From assembly GCA_964524915.1 (NCBI GenBank), contig CAZGEB010000002.1, positions 5,094 through 69,093 of the forward strand: a DNA stretch of 64,000 nt. The letters run 5' to 3'. Under the pieces are notes generated by a model. It did no database searches. It was not told the DNA's origin and was given only the letters and a program-made list of their open reading frames with translations. Within the stretch, counting starts at the first letter, position 1. Each line of letters begins with the position of its first letter. The DNA comes from an uncultured Candidatus Saccharibacteria bacterium. GTDB lineage: Bacteria; Patescibacteriota; Doudnabacteria; UBA920. Of this stretch, positions 44,235 through 53,633 are shown piece by piece. Position numbers and translations under genes: made by a program.

Positions 44235-45875
44235 ATGTTTGACACCAAAGATTTACAAAATACATTCTCGGGAGATCTTCTCTCTGACCAAGAATCTTTA
44301 AACAATTTTCGCAAAGACGCGAGCATTTTTGAAGCCACCCCAAAACTCATAGCTAGGCCAAAAAATGTCCAGGACATTTCTGCTTTAATAAATTTCGCCA
44401 CCACCCAAGTAAAAAATGGCAACAAAACTAGCCTTACCGCTAGCTGCGGACGCACAGACATGACCGGCGGCTCTATCTCAGAAGATATCATTGTAGATTT
44501 TGCCAAATACTTAAATCACATTGGAGAAATAAACTCAGACACAATCACGGTAGAGCCAGGAGCTTTCTACCGAGACTTTGAAAAGAAAACTCTAGAACAT
44601 AATTTAATCATGCCGAGCTTCCCTGCTTCAAAAAGTATTTGTGCTGTGGGAGGCATGGTGGGTAATAATTCCGGAGGAGAACTTTCTCTCAAATACGGAC
44701 AAACAGTGAATTTCGTAAAAGAGCTAGAAGTAGTTTTGGCGGACGGGAATATCTACACTCTAAAGCCATGGAACCAAACAGAGCTTCTAGAAATAATCAA
44801 ACAAGACAACTTTCTCGGAAAAACAGTTGCCAAGCTTTGGCAGCTGATTTCTGAAAATAAAGATTTAATTCAAAAATCAGAGCCCACTACTTCCAAAAAT
44901 TCTTCTGGATATTATCTTTGGAAAATTTGGGATGGAAAATTTTTTGATCTCACCAAACTTTTCACTGGCTCACAGGGCACTTTGGGAATCATCACAAAAA
45001 TCAAATTTCAGTTAGTCCCCATAAAACAGCACAAAAAACTTCTGGTAATTTTCTTGCACGAAATCGACAAGCTAGGCGATATCGTCAACCTAGTCAAAAA
45101 AAGCCACCCAGAATCCATGGAGCTTTTCGATGATCACACTCTCAAATTAGCCTTGAGATTTTTTCCTGATATTGCCAAAAAAATGAAAGCGGGTATTTTG
45201 AAGCTCTTGTGGCAATTCCTTCCCGAAGCTTTTATGGCGATTACAGGCGGACTTCCACGCATGGTTATTCTAGTAGAATTTGCCGAAGACTCAAAAGAAG
45301 AAGCTGCAAAACTTGCCCGAAATCTCCAAAGTCAACTACAACAAAATTTTAAAATCAAAACTCACATAACCAAAAACGAGGGGGAATCGCAAAAGTATTG
45401 GACTATTCGCAGAGAAAGTTTCAATCTTTTAAGACAGCACGCCCACGGCAAGATCTCCTCCCCTTTTGTAGAAGATATCATTGTGCACACAGAACAGCTG
45501 CCAGAATTTCTTCCAAGGCTTACAGCAATATTTTCAAGATACCCCAGCTTTGAGTACACTATAGCAGGACATGCAGGAGATGCCAATTTTCATATCATCC
45601 CCTTTGTGGATTTGAAAAATCCAGAAGAAAGAAAAATGGTAGAAAGGCTCTCAGAGGAAATTTATACTTTGATCAAAGAGTTCAAAGGCTCTATCACAGC
45701 CGAACACAACGACGGTATCTCTCATGGCGTGTATCTAAACATGATGTTTGGTCCAGAAATTTTGGAACTTTTCCGTCAAACCAAAACTCTCTTTGACCCA
45801 CTAAATATCTTCAACCCTCACAAAAAAATCCAAGCAACTTTTGAATACTTCGAAAAGCATTTAAGAAAAGAATAA
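44235..45875 (+). CDS. FAD-linked oxidase (PCMH-type FAD-binding domain, GlcD/D-lactate dehydrogenase-like)
   Basis: PSFPASKSICAVGGMVGNNSGG..YGQTVNFVKELEVVLADGNIY, with a C-terminal FAD-oxidase domain. Confidence 0.8.
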   Translation: MFDTKDLQNTFSGDLLSDQESLNNFRKDASIFEATPKLIARPKNVQDISALINFATTQVKNGNKTSLTASCGRTDMTGGSISEDIIVDFAKYLNHIGEINSDTITVEPGAFYRDFEKKTLEHNLIMPSFPASKSICAVGGMVGNNSGGELSLKYGQTVNFVKELEVVLADGNIYTLKPWNQTELLEIIKQDNFLGKTVAKLWQLISENKDLIQKSEPTTSKNSSGYYLWKIWDGKFFDLTKLFTGSQGTLGIITKIKFQLVPIKQHKKLLVIFLHEIDKLGDIVNLVKKSHPESMELFDDHTLKLALRFFPDIAKKMKAGILKLLWQFLPEAFMAITGGLPRMVILVEFAEDSKEEAAKLARNLQSQLQQNFKIKTHITKNEGESQKYWTIRRESFNLLRQHAHGKISSPFVEDIIVHTEQLPEFLPRLTAIFSRYPSFEYTIAGHAGDANFHIIPFVDLKNPEERKMVERLSEEIYTLIKEFKGSITAEHNDGISHGVYLNMMFGPEILELFRQTKTLFDPLNIFNPHKKIQATFEYFEKHLRKE

Positions 45876-45876
45876 T

Positions 45877-46260
45877 ATGCAAACCCAAACAGACGACCTC
45901 AAGGACACACTGGATCCACTAACTTTCCACGTCACCCAAGAAAAAGGCACAGAAGCACCTTTTACTGGTAAATACGTAAACGAACACGCAAGTGGCATTT
46001 ACAAATGTGTCGTTTGTGGACAAGAACTTTTCTCGTCTGAAGCAAAATTTGACTCCGGCACTGGCTGGCCATCTTTTGACGAGCCAATGAATCTAGAACA
46101 CGTGAATTTAATAACAGATGATTCCCACGGTATGCACCGCACAGAAGTTGAATGCAAAAAATGCGGAGCTCATTTAGGACACGTTTTTGACGACGGCCCC
46201 ACAAAAACAGGGCAAAGATTCTGCATCAATTCCTGTGCACTCAACCTAGAAAAGAAATAA
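45877..46260 (+). CDS. msrB: peptide-methionine (R)-S-oxide reductase
   Basis: CVVCGQELF..GWPSF..RTEVECKKCGAHLGHVFDDGP. Confidence 0.9.
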   Translation: MQTQTDDLKDTLDPLTFHVTQEKGTEAPFTGKYVNEHASGIYKCVVCGQELFSSEAKFDSGTGWPSFDEPMNLEHVNLITDDSHGMHRTEVECKKCGAHLGHVFDDGPTKTGQRFCINSCALNLEKK

Positions 46261-46270
46261 CAAAAAACAA

Positions 46271-46306
46271 AAGGATCCCCTATATTTTATAAGGGATCCT
46301 TTTAAA
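46271..46306 (+). terminator. intrinsic terminator after msrB
   Basis: aaggatccc-ctatattttataa-gggatcctt followed by ttaaaat. Confidence 0.65.
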
Positions 46307-46331
46307 ATCCAAAATTTGCTATACTAGGCTC

Positions 46332-47684
46332 ATGAGAAAATACTTTATTTATTTATTTGGGCTAATAAATTTAAGTCTTATCTTTTATTTCTGGGCGGCA
46401 AACTCCTGGCATCTTTTAAGCCAAGACCGTGCCAGTATAAATCTGGCCATAGGCAGGCTTTCCGGTTTACTGCTGGTTTCTTGTATCTTACTGCAATTTC
46501 TCATCATGAGTCGTGCCCCTGCCTTAGAGCAAACTTTCGGGCTAGACAAGCTCTCCCGTCTACACCATTTCATTGGCAAATACCTGGTCATAATATTTTT
46601 ATTTTGCCATGTACTACTTATAACGATCGCCTATGCAAGCTTTAGCGAGCGCGGGTTTTTCTCTCAATACCTAGGTTTTCTGAAATTTGAGGACCTACCA
46701 AATGCCATGATTGCTCAATGGCTGTTTATTTTTGTGATTATTTATTCCATTTTTATGGTGCTCAAAAAATGGAATTTTGAAAAATGGTACTACGCACACC
46801 TCTCAGTTTATATAGCCATCATCCTCGCCTTCGGTCATCAACTAGAACTCGGTGGTGACTTTGCGGAAAGTAAAATCTTCACCTGGTACTGGTACCTACT
46901 CTATGCCTTTGTTGCCCTAATGCTGGCAATATACCGCTTTGGAAAACCCTTATGGCTGTTTTATAAACATCGCTTTTATATAGAAAAGATAATAGCCGAG
47001 ACTCCAGATGTAACTTCTGTATATATTTCTGGCAAACAAATGGATAAATTCAAATTCCATCCCGGACAATTTGTCATAGTGAGATTTTTGGATAAACAAA
47101 GGCGCTGGCAAGCCCACCCTTTTTCTCTGTCGCAACCTTTTAACGGACAGAATATCCGTCTCTCTATAAAAGCCTCTGGCGACTTCACCTCTCAAGCCTC
47201 ACTCCTCACTCCTCACTCCTCACTCCTAATTGAGGGCCCCTATGGTGTCTTTACTCCTAATAAATTGAAAAATAATAAAGCACTGCTCATCGCGGGCGGT
47301 ATTGGCATTACCCCTATCCGCGGAATAATGGAGGCTTTAGGCGAGAATAAAAAAGAAGCCATACTACTCTACGCCAACAAAACAGAAAAAGATATTGCCC
47401 TGCGTGAAGAAATAGAAAAACTTGGAGAAAAATACCACTTCCCAATTCACCACATACTAAACAACCAGCCCAAGTCTCCCAATCTCAAGTCTCAAGTCTC
47501 AAGCCTCATCACTATACACGATGGTATGATAAATCAAAATCTCATACAGTCTGAGGTAGATGATATCACGCACTGGGAGGTATTCCTTTGTGGTCCCCCA
47601 CCCATGATGACCGCTATCACAAAAGTTTTAATCGCCTTGGGTGTCCCCAAACAAAGTATTTACTTTGAAAGATTTAGTTTGTAA
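46332..47684 (+). CDS. NOX-like ferric-reductase-domain flavocytochrome (TM heme domain + FAD + NAD(P)H-binding domains)
   Basis: Six TM helices with paired His, HPFSLS (FAD), GGIGITP (NAD). Carries two in-frame heptamer tandem repeats. Confidence 0.7.
   Translation: MRKYFIYLFGLINLSLIFYFWAANSWHLLSQDRASINLAIGRLSGLLLVSCILLQFLIMSRAPALEQTFGLDKLSRLHHFIGKYLVIIFLFCHVLLITIAYASFSERGFFSQYLGFLKFEDLPNAMIAQWLFIFVIIYSIFMVLKKWNFEKWYYAHLSVYIAIILAFGHQLELGGDFAESKIFTWYWYLLYAFVALMLAIYRFGKPLWLFYKHRFYIEKIIAETPDVTSVYISGKQMDKFKFHPGQFVIVRFLDKQRRWQAHPFSLSQPFNGQNIRLSIKASGDFTSQASLLTPHSSLLIEGPYGVFTPNKLKNNKALLIAGGIGITPIRGIMEALGENKKEAILLYANKTEKDIALREEIEKLGEKYHFPIHHILNNQPKSPNLKSQVSSLITIHDGMINQNLIQSEVDDITHWEVFLCGPPPMMTAITKVLIALGVPKQSIYFERFSL
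47191..47225. repeat. heptanucleotide tandem repeat (CACTCCT)x4-5 in frame inside the NOX-like gene
   Basis: Encodes SLLTPHSSLL between the FAD and NAD subdomains. Confidence 0.85.
47471..47500. repeat. heptanucleotide tandem repeat (CAAGTCT)x3 in frame inside the NOX-like gene
   Basis: ctcaagtctcaagtctcaagcctc encodes NLKSQVSSL. Confidence 0.8.
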
Positions 47685-47687
47685 GAA

Positions 47688-48383
47688 ATGAACAAGCACT
47701 CCAGAATAGTGAAAGAGCACTTTGATATTAAGTACAAAGACTACGACTCGCTCATCAAAAAACTCATACCCAAATACACCACCATGCACAAAAAGGCTGT
47801 AGGGGCCTTGCTTTCCAAAATGCCAAAACAAAGCAATATTTTAGACTTAGGTATTGGCACCGGACAAACTGCCCTAGAAATTTTAAAATCACAGCCTCAA
47901 TGTAAAATATTTGGCATAGACATTTCTTCGGGCATGATAAAACAAGCTCAAGACAGACTTTTAGAGTATAAAAAACAAATCCGATTCTTAAATCAAGACA
48001 TCAATAATCTAAAGATCAAACATAGATTTGAAGGCTGCATTTCCGTGCTATGCATCCACCATTTAAACGAAAAACAAAAATTGAAATTATTTCGTAAAAT
48101 ATTTTCCTCCCTAAAATCCCAATCCACTTTCGTCATAGCAGACCTGGTAAACTTCCCCACCACCAAAGAAACCAGACAAATAGAAAATAAATGGAAGAGG
48201 TATCTGTATAACGGACTAGGTAAAAAGCAAGGCGAATACTGGTTTCAAAATTATTTAGAAGAAGACCTACCCAGCTCCACACCAGAGCAAATTCACTGGC
48301 TTAAAAAAGCAGGGTTTGTAAATGCTGATTGCATTTGGAAACATCTAAATTATGCGGTGATAGTAGCCAAAAAACCTCAATAA
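47688..48383 (+). CDS. class I SAM-dependent methyltransferase
   Basis: Motif I ILDLGIGTGQTAL; post-I IFGIDISSGM. Confidence 0.7.
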   Translation: MNKHSRIVKEHFDIKYKDYDSLIKKLIPKYTTMHKKAVGALLSKMPKQSNILDLGIGTGQTALEILKSQPQCKIFGIDISSGMIKQAQDRLLEYKKQIRFLNQDINNLKIKHRFEGCISVLCIHHLNEKQKLKLFRKIFSSLKSQSTFVIADLVNFPTTKETRQIENKWKRYLYNGLGKKQGEYWFQNYLEEDLPSSTPEQIHWLKKAGFVNADCIWKHLNYAVIVAKKPQ

Positions 48384-48406
48384 TTCGCCTTAAATAAGCG
48401 GAGCAT

Positions 48407-48435
48407 TTGACTATTTCTATAAAAAGTGATATAAT
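48407..48435 (+). promoter_or_regulatory. consensus sigma-70 promoter TTGACT-17-TATAAT
   Basis: ttgact atttctataaaaagtga tataat; near-perfect hexamers with a 17-bp spacer. Confidence 0.55.
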
Positions 48436-48467
48436 ACGTTATTGTTGAATAATTAATATTCACCTGA

Positions 48468-48503
48468 ACCAGCCATGGTATTTTAACTGGCTGGTTTTTA
48501 TTT
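48468..48503 (+). terminator. terminator-like hairpin about 30 nt downstream of the 48407 promoter (possible attenuator or tiny sRNA)
   Basis: aaccagcca-tggtattttaac-tggctggtt followed by tttatttac. Confidence 0.45.
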
Positions 48504-48540
48504 ACAATTTTGAGTCTCTATGTTGTGTTATTATTAGATT

Positions 48541-49953
48541 ATGAAAATCACTTTCAATGGAGCAGCACTAAATGTGACAGGCTCTAAACATTTGATAGAA
48601 ACCAACGGACTCAAGATCCTTTTTGATTGCGGATTACACCAAGGCAAAAGAGCAGAAACCACTGCAAAGAACCGCTCTTTCCCCTTCAATCCAAAAGAAA
48701 TTGATGCGGTAATCTTGTCTCACGCCCACGCAGACCATTGTGGTATGTTGCCGCTACTGGTCAAACAAGGATTTTCTGGAAAAATATATGCCACTCCCGC
48801 CACGCGTGACATTGCCGAGTACATCATGCTGGACTCCAGCCATATCCAAAAACAAGACGCGGAGTATTTCAACACTCACCTACCAGAAGGAGATCAGCCC
48901 ATAGAGCCCATATATGACGATGAGGATGTAAAAGCAGCCCTAGCCCAATTTGAACCAGTTGAGTATTTTTTGCATTCAGGGAAATGGACTAGTATCTCTA
49001 AAACTGTAAAATTTAAATTTTTGGACGCAGGTCACATCCTTGGATCCAGCATAGTTGTGCTGACCTCCCAAGAGGGCAAAACAGATAGCCATAAAAAAAC
49101 CATAGCTTTTTCCGGTGACCTCGGTGGTAGGGCCAAACCCCTACTCAGAGACCCAGAAATTATCGAGGAACCACTAGATGCTTTTCTCCTTGAATGCACC
49201 TACGGCAACCATACCCATAGGCCTTTGAGATTTGCCAAACAAGCACTAGCAGATTTAATTAATCGCGCGGTCAAACACAAACAAAAGATTTTGGTGCCGG
49301 CTTTTGCCTTGGGTAGAACTCAAGAAATCATCTATATACTCCACCAACTCACAGACAGCAGACAAATCCCTCGCATCCCTATTTACATAGACAGTCCGCT
49401 CGCCTCACACATTACCAAAGTTTTTGAAGGGTACAATGAAGAATACGATGCAGAAAGCTGGAGAGATTTTTCACGCAAAGGTGAGCCACCTTTTTCTTTT
49501 ACCAATTTGAACTACACACAAAGCCCGGAAGAGTCCAAAGAGCTCAATACTCTCGAGGGGCCGTGGATGGTAGTATCATCTTCTGGCATGTGCGAAGCCG
49601 GTAGAATCCTCCACCACCTCAAAAATCACATCACTGACCCGGATACCATAATAGCTTTCACTGGCTACCAAGCGGAACACACGCTTGGAAGAAAAATTTT
49701 GACCGGACAATCCCCAGTAAAAATTTACGGGCAATACATGGACGTCAAAGCTCAAGTAGAAGTCTTTAACGAATTCTCCGCTCATGCAGACCAATCAGGG
49801 CTACTAGACTACCTCAAAATGATCCAAACTCAAAAAGTTTGTCTAGTGCACACAGAAGAGCCCCAGGCACAAGAATTTAAAGCTGTTTTGGCAGAAAAAA
49901 TGCCGGAAATCAATGTAATAATCCCAGAAGACAGGGAGTCCCTGGATTTATAG
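48541..49953 (+). CDS. MBL-fold beta-CASP ribonuclease (CPSF/RNase-J-like family)
   Basis: HAHADHCG, the beta-CASP region, and C-terminal RNA-specificity domain pattern. Confidence 0.75.
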   Translation: MKITFNGAALNVTGSKHLIETNGLKILFDCGLHQGKRAETTAKNRSFPFNPKEIDAVILSHAHADHCGMLPLLVKQGFSGKIYATPATRDIAEYIMLDSSHIQKQDAEYFNTHLPEGDQPIEPIYDDEDVKAALAQFEPVEYFLHSGKWTSISKTVKFKFLDAGHILGSSIVVLTSQEGKTDSHKKTIAFSGDLGGRAKPLLRDPEIIEEPLDAFLLECTYGNHTHRPLRFAKQALADLINRAVKHKQKILVPAFALGRTQEIIYILHQLTDSRQIPRIPIYIDSPLASHITKVFEGYNEEYDAESWRDFSRKGEPPFSFTNLNYTQSPEESKELNTLEGPWMVVSSSGMCEAGRILHHLKNHITDPDTIIAFTGYQAEHTLGRKILTGQSPVKIYGQYMDVKAQVEVFNEFSAHADQSGLLDYLKMIQTQKVCLVHTEEPQAQEFKAVLAEKMPEINVIIPEDRESLDL

Positions 49954-50057
49954 AGTATTGACGAAACCTGAGCTTCGGCGGTAAAATACATACCGTGTTT
50001 TTTAAACACCTCAAGCGGGGTGTTTATTGTTTGGCGAATAATTTAATACTAAAAAAT

Positions 50058-50900
50058 ATGGCTGATAGATGGGATTATTTTCGTAGACAAATACCTGACA
50101 TTAAAATACCAAATATGGAAAAAGAAAGAAGAATTTTGGATGCATGGGATATTGGATACATAGCAAGAACAAAAGCAGAACCCCTGCGAGACGACTTTAC
50201 TCTCACATGCATAGATGGAAGAAGTTATGGCAAAAATACTGCGGGGATCGGCGGGGCGGACGCGGGAGGACTGGGAAAGATGAAGGCCGCGTGTAATGAC
50301 TTGGACATATCAATAACCCCAAAACAAGCTTGTGAAATAATCATAGAAGCCAAGGGCGGAGCAGATTTTGTATATGGTCATACAAGCCAAAGTGACACAG
50401 GCTCCCTTTTGTGCGTATCTGGCTGCGGGCACTGTATGGGAATGACCAAGCCAAATAAATTAAAAGCTTATGGACTGAAACCTGGGGATGATGAGTGGAT
50501 GGTTGAGGCTTACGAAATAATGAAAGAGTGCCGTATACAAATTATAAAATACCCAGGCACCCACCAAGAAGGCGCGCTAACCATAGTCAGGGGCAATGTA
50601 TTCCTCCCCCATAATGGTATACTAGAAACAGGTGAGGACTGGCAAAGCTTTATATATAACGTAGATGTGGACAGGGATGAAACAACCAAGCTCGCAGATA
50701 CATTTAGTCAGATGGTGAGAACGTCTAGAATAACGCCCAGTGCCCTAAGAAATCTTTTCTGGGAAAAGGCACAAGCTCAAATCCAAAAAACCGCACATGA
50801 CCTCGCTGTATTTGAAGGTCGTCCCCTACCAGTTTTTGAAGTTTCTTTTGCTAACCCACGAAATCCAAGAAATACTTTTAAAGTCACACAACTATCTTAA
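50058..50900 (+). CDS. hypothetical protein with conserved Cys/His cluster
   Basis: TCIDGRS...GGADAGG...VYGHTSQSDTGSLLCVSGCGHCMG. No confident family; start taken at MADRWDYF. Confidence 0.4.
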   Translation: MADRWDYFRRQIPDIKIPNMEKERRILDAWDIGYIARTKAEPLRDDFTLTCIDGRSYGKNTAGIGGADAGGLGKMKAACNDLDISITPKQACEIIIEAKGGADFVYGHTSQSDTGSLLCVSGCGHCMGMTKPNKLKAYGLKPGDDEWMVEAYEIMKECRIQIIKYPGTHQEGALTIVRGNVFLPHNGILETGEDWQSFIYNVDVDRDETTKLADTFSQMVRTSRITPSALRNLFWEKAQAQIQKTAHDLAVFEGRPLPVFEVSFANPRNPRNTFKVTQLS

Positions 50901-51188
50901 ATGATCAAACATCTAAACATAACTATCACTGGCAAAGTACAAAGATCTGGTTTTCGTTTTGAAGCAATTATAGCGGCTCAAGAACTAGGACTGTTTGGGT
51001 TTGTAGAATACAAAGAAAAAAGTGTCTATATAGAAGTAGAGGGTGAAGTAGAACATTTAAAAAAATTCTTGGGCTGGTGCCACAAAGGTCCAGAAGGTAG
51101 CCTCATAGAAAAAGTGGGCTACGAGTCAACCGAAGACTTAAAAAACTTTAAAGACTTTAAAGCAAAAACAGAAGAAGATGAATATTAA
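50901..51188 (+). CDS. acylphosphatase-like protein
   Basis: 95 aa; ITGKVQRSGFRFEA resembles acylphosphatase motif 1. Confidence 0.5.
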   Translation: MIKHLNITITGKVQRSGFRFEAIIAAQELGLFGFVEYKEKSVYIEVEGEVEHLKKFLGWCHKGPEGSLIEKVGYESTEDLKNFKDFKAKTEEDEY

Positions 51189-51648
51189 AATCAACCAAAA
51201 AGCTCCAGCCTTTTCCTTGCCAGACCAAGCTGGAAAAATTCACAGCCTCAAAGATTACCTGGGGCAATGGGTCATCCTATATTTTTACCCAAAAGATGAC
51301 ACTCCAGGCTGCACTAAAGAGGCTTGTGGTTTTCGAGATAATCTGCCAAAGTTTAAAAAGATGGACGCCATAATTTTCGGAGTGAGCGCCGACTCAAGCG
51401 CTAAACACGAAAAATTTGCCACCAAATACAAACTTCCCTTTACCCTACTTTCTGATGAGAAAAAAGAAGTTTTGGAAAAATACAGTGTCTGGGCAAAAAA
51501 GAAATTTATGGGACGTGAATATATGGGCATCCTTCGCACCACTTTCTTGATCAACCCCGAAGGCAAAATTGCCAAAATTTACGAATCTGTCAAACCAGAA
51601 ACTCACGCAGAAGAAATCTTGAAAGATTTAAAAAGTTTACAAAAATAA
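51178..51648 (+). CDS. bcp: peroxiredoxin Bcp (thiol peroxidase)
   Basis: FYPKDDTPGCTKEACGFRD. Confidence 0.85.
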   Translation: MNIKINQKAPAFSLPDQAGKIHSLKDYLGQWVILYFYPKDDTPGCTKEACGFRDNLPKFKKMDAIIFGVSADSSAKHEKFATKYKLPFTLLSDEKKEVLEKYSVWAKKKFMGREYMGILRTTFLINPEGKIAKIYESVKPETHAEEILKDLKSLQK

Positions 51649-51709
51649 TAGTTTGGATACAACAAAAGCTCGTCGTAAAAATGACGGGCTTTTGTGTTAT
51701 AATCACGGT

Positions 51710-53521
51710 ATGGAAAGTAAGCAGCATAATAAATTTTCACTCAAAGAATTATTAAAAAACTCGTTCCGCATTACACAGATACTTTGGCAGGAACAAAAAC
51801 TTTTAATAATAGGCACGGGAATAACAATACTATTCTCTGCCCTACTGCCTTTTATACGCTCTTGGTTAAGCGGGCAGCTGATAAACAATCTCATCAAACT
51901 CATCGGTACACATTCTGCAAATGAATCATTGTGGTTGCTGATTGGGGGGATTATCACGATCAGCATCGCAAGCACATCAATAAACACTTTTCAATCCTAC
52001 CAAGCAATTCTTTTAAGACATTATATTGAGGAAAAGTTTGACCTGTTGATTCTAAAAAAACGTACTGAAATAGATGTTGCCAGCTATGAAAACCCAAAAC
52101 TACACGATCTTTTTCAAAGCGTTAGAGATGATGGCTGGTGGAGAATTCATGGTCAAGCAGAAAGACAATTCTATCTTCTAGAGAATATTATTGAAGTATT
52201 CATAGCCAGTTTAATAATATCAAGCAAAGCTTGGTGGCTCTTACCACTGGTTGTCTTTGGCGCATTGCCAGAACTAGTCGCTGAAACAAAAAATGGGGAC
52301 AGGACATGGAGCATCAACAGCTCAAACGCTGAAGACAGACGTAGATACTGGCAACTAAAAGAGCATTTTACTTTTCTTCCAAATTTAATAGAAGTGAAGC
52401 TTTTAGGCTTAGCTAAAAACTTTTTAGAGAGAATATCTCTCTTATACCAAAACTTTAGGAGTAAGGAAAAACGTAATGAAAGAAAAAGACTTCTGTGGAA
52501 CCTCTGCACCTCTTCTATAAACCAATTGGCCATGGCTATGGCTATTATTTATTTTGCCGTGCAAGTCATAAATGGGCATCTGGATATAGGAAATTTCTCT
52601 TTCCTGTTAGCCTCAATCGCCTCACTGCAATCTTCTTTTTCTTCAACATTTAGAAACTTGGCTAGACAATACGAAGACAATCTATTTATAACTGATGTAT
52701 TTCGCCTTTTGGACCTTAAACCAGAACTAACGCATACAAAAAAACCCTTGCTTGTAAAAACAAAGTCTTCGCCATCAATCCATTTTAAAAATGTTTCTTT
52801 TAAATACCCAGGAAAAGATGCTTGGGTTTTGAAAAATATCAACCTAGAGATTAGACCTGGCGAAAAAGTAGCAATGGTTGGAATCAACGGAGCCGGCAAA
52901 ACCACTCTGGTAAAACTTTTGTGTAGATTTTATGACCCTGTAGACGGACAGATACTCATAGACGGCAAAGACTTAAAAGAAATTGAAAAAGAAAGTTGGT
53001 ATAGATCTTTAGGTATCCTTTTTCAAGACTATGCCACTTATAATTTTAAGATCAAAGATGCCATCGCAATAGGAAAAATCACTGAAAAAGAAAACTTAAA
53101 CAAAATCCGTCTTGCTGCAGAACAAAGCGAGGCTATGAAGTTTATAGAAGAATTTCCAGATAAACTAAACCAGCAACTTGGACGCGAGTTCCCTGGTGGC
53201 ACAGAGCCTAGCCAAGGACAATGGCAAAAGTTGGCCCTAGCCCGGATCTTTTACCGCAATGCCAATGTCTGGATTTTGGATGAACCTACAGCCTCAATTG
53301 ACGCAGAAAGTGAAGCCAAGATATTTGAGAAATTAGAAAAACTTCCAAAAGACAAAACTGTGATTTTGATATCTCACCGCTTCTCCACTGTCAGAAATGC
53401 CGATAAAATCATCGTACTAAAAGATGGAACCATAAGTGAGCAAGGCACTCATACAGAGCTACTAAAAAATAAACAAGACTACGCTAGACTCTTCCACATG
53501 CAAGCCAAAGGTTACGAATAA
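51710..53521 (+). CDS. ABC transporter, fused permease/ATP-binding (MsbA-like exporter)
   Basis: Six-TM domain, then Walker A GINGAGKTTL, signature SQGQWQKLALAR and Walker B ILDEPTASID. An extended -10 (TGTTATAAT, 51693-51701) sits just upstream of ATG 51710. Confidence 0.85.
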   Translation: MESKQHNKFSLKELLKNSFRITQILWQEQKLLIIGTGITILFSALLPFIRSWLSGQLINNLIKLIGTHSANESLWLLIGGIITISIASTSINTFQSYQAILLRHYIEEKFDLLILKKRTEIDVASYENPKLHDLFQSVRDDGWWRIHGQAERQFYLLENIIEVFIASLIISSKAWWLLPLVVFGALPELVAETKNGDRTWSINSSNAEDRRRYWQLKEHFTFLPNLIEVKLLGLAKNFLERISLLYQNFRSKEKRNERKRLLWNLCTSSINQLAMAMAIIYFAVQVINGHLDIGNFSFLLASIASLQSSFSSTFRNLARQYEDNLFITDVFRLLDLKPELTHTKKPLLVKTKSSPSIHFKNVSFKYPGKDAWVLKNINLEIRPGEKVAMVGINGAGKTTLVKLLCRFYDPVDGQILIDGKDLKEIEKESWYRSLGILFQDYATYNFKIKDAIAIGKITEKENLNKIRLAAEQSEAMKFIEEFPDKLNQQLGREFPGGTEPSQGQWQKLALARIFYRNANVWILDEPTASIDAESEAKIFEKLEKLPKDKTVILISHRFSTVRNADKIIVLKDGTISEQGTHTELLKNKQDYARLFHMQAKGYE

Positions 53522-53633
53522 TAATAATATAGAGACAGAATAGCGAGACCTGAAAAAGATAACAAGAAAAAAATAAAGCCGTGATGTCTTAGTACTCAAG
53601 ACTCACGGCTCATTTCTCATTACTAATTACTTA

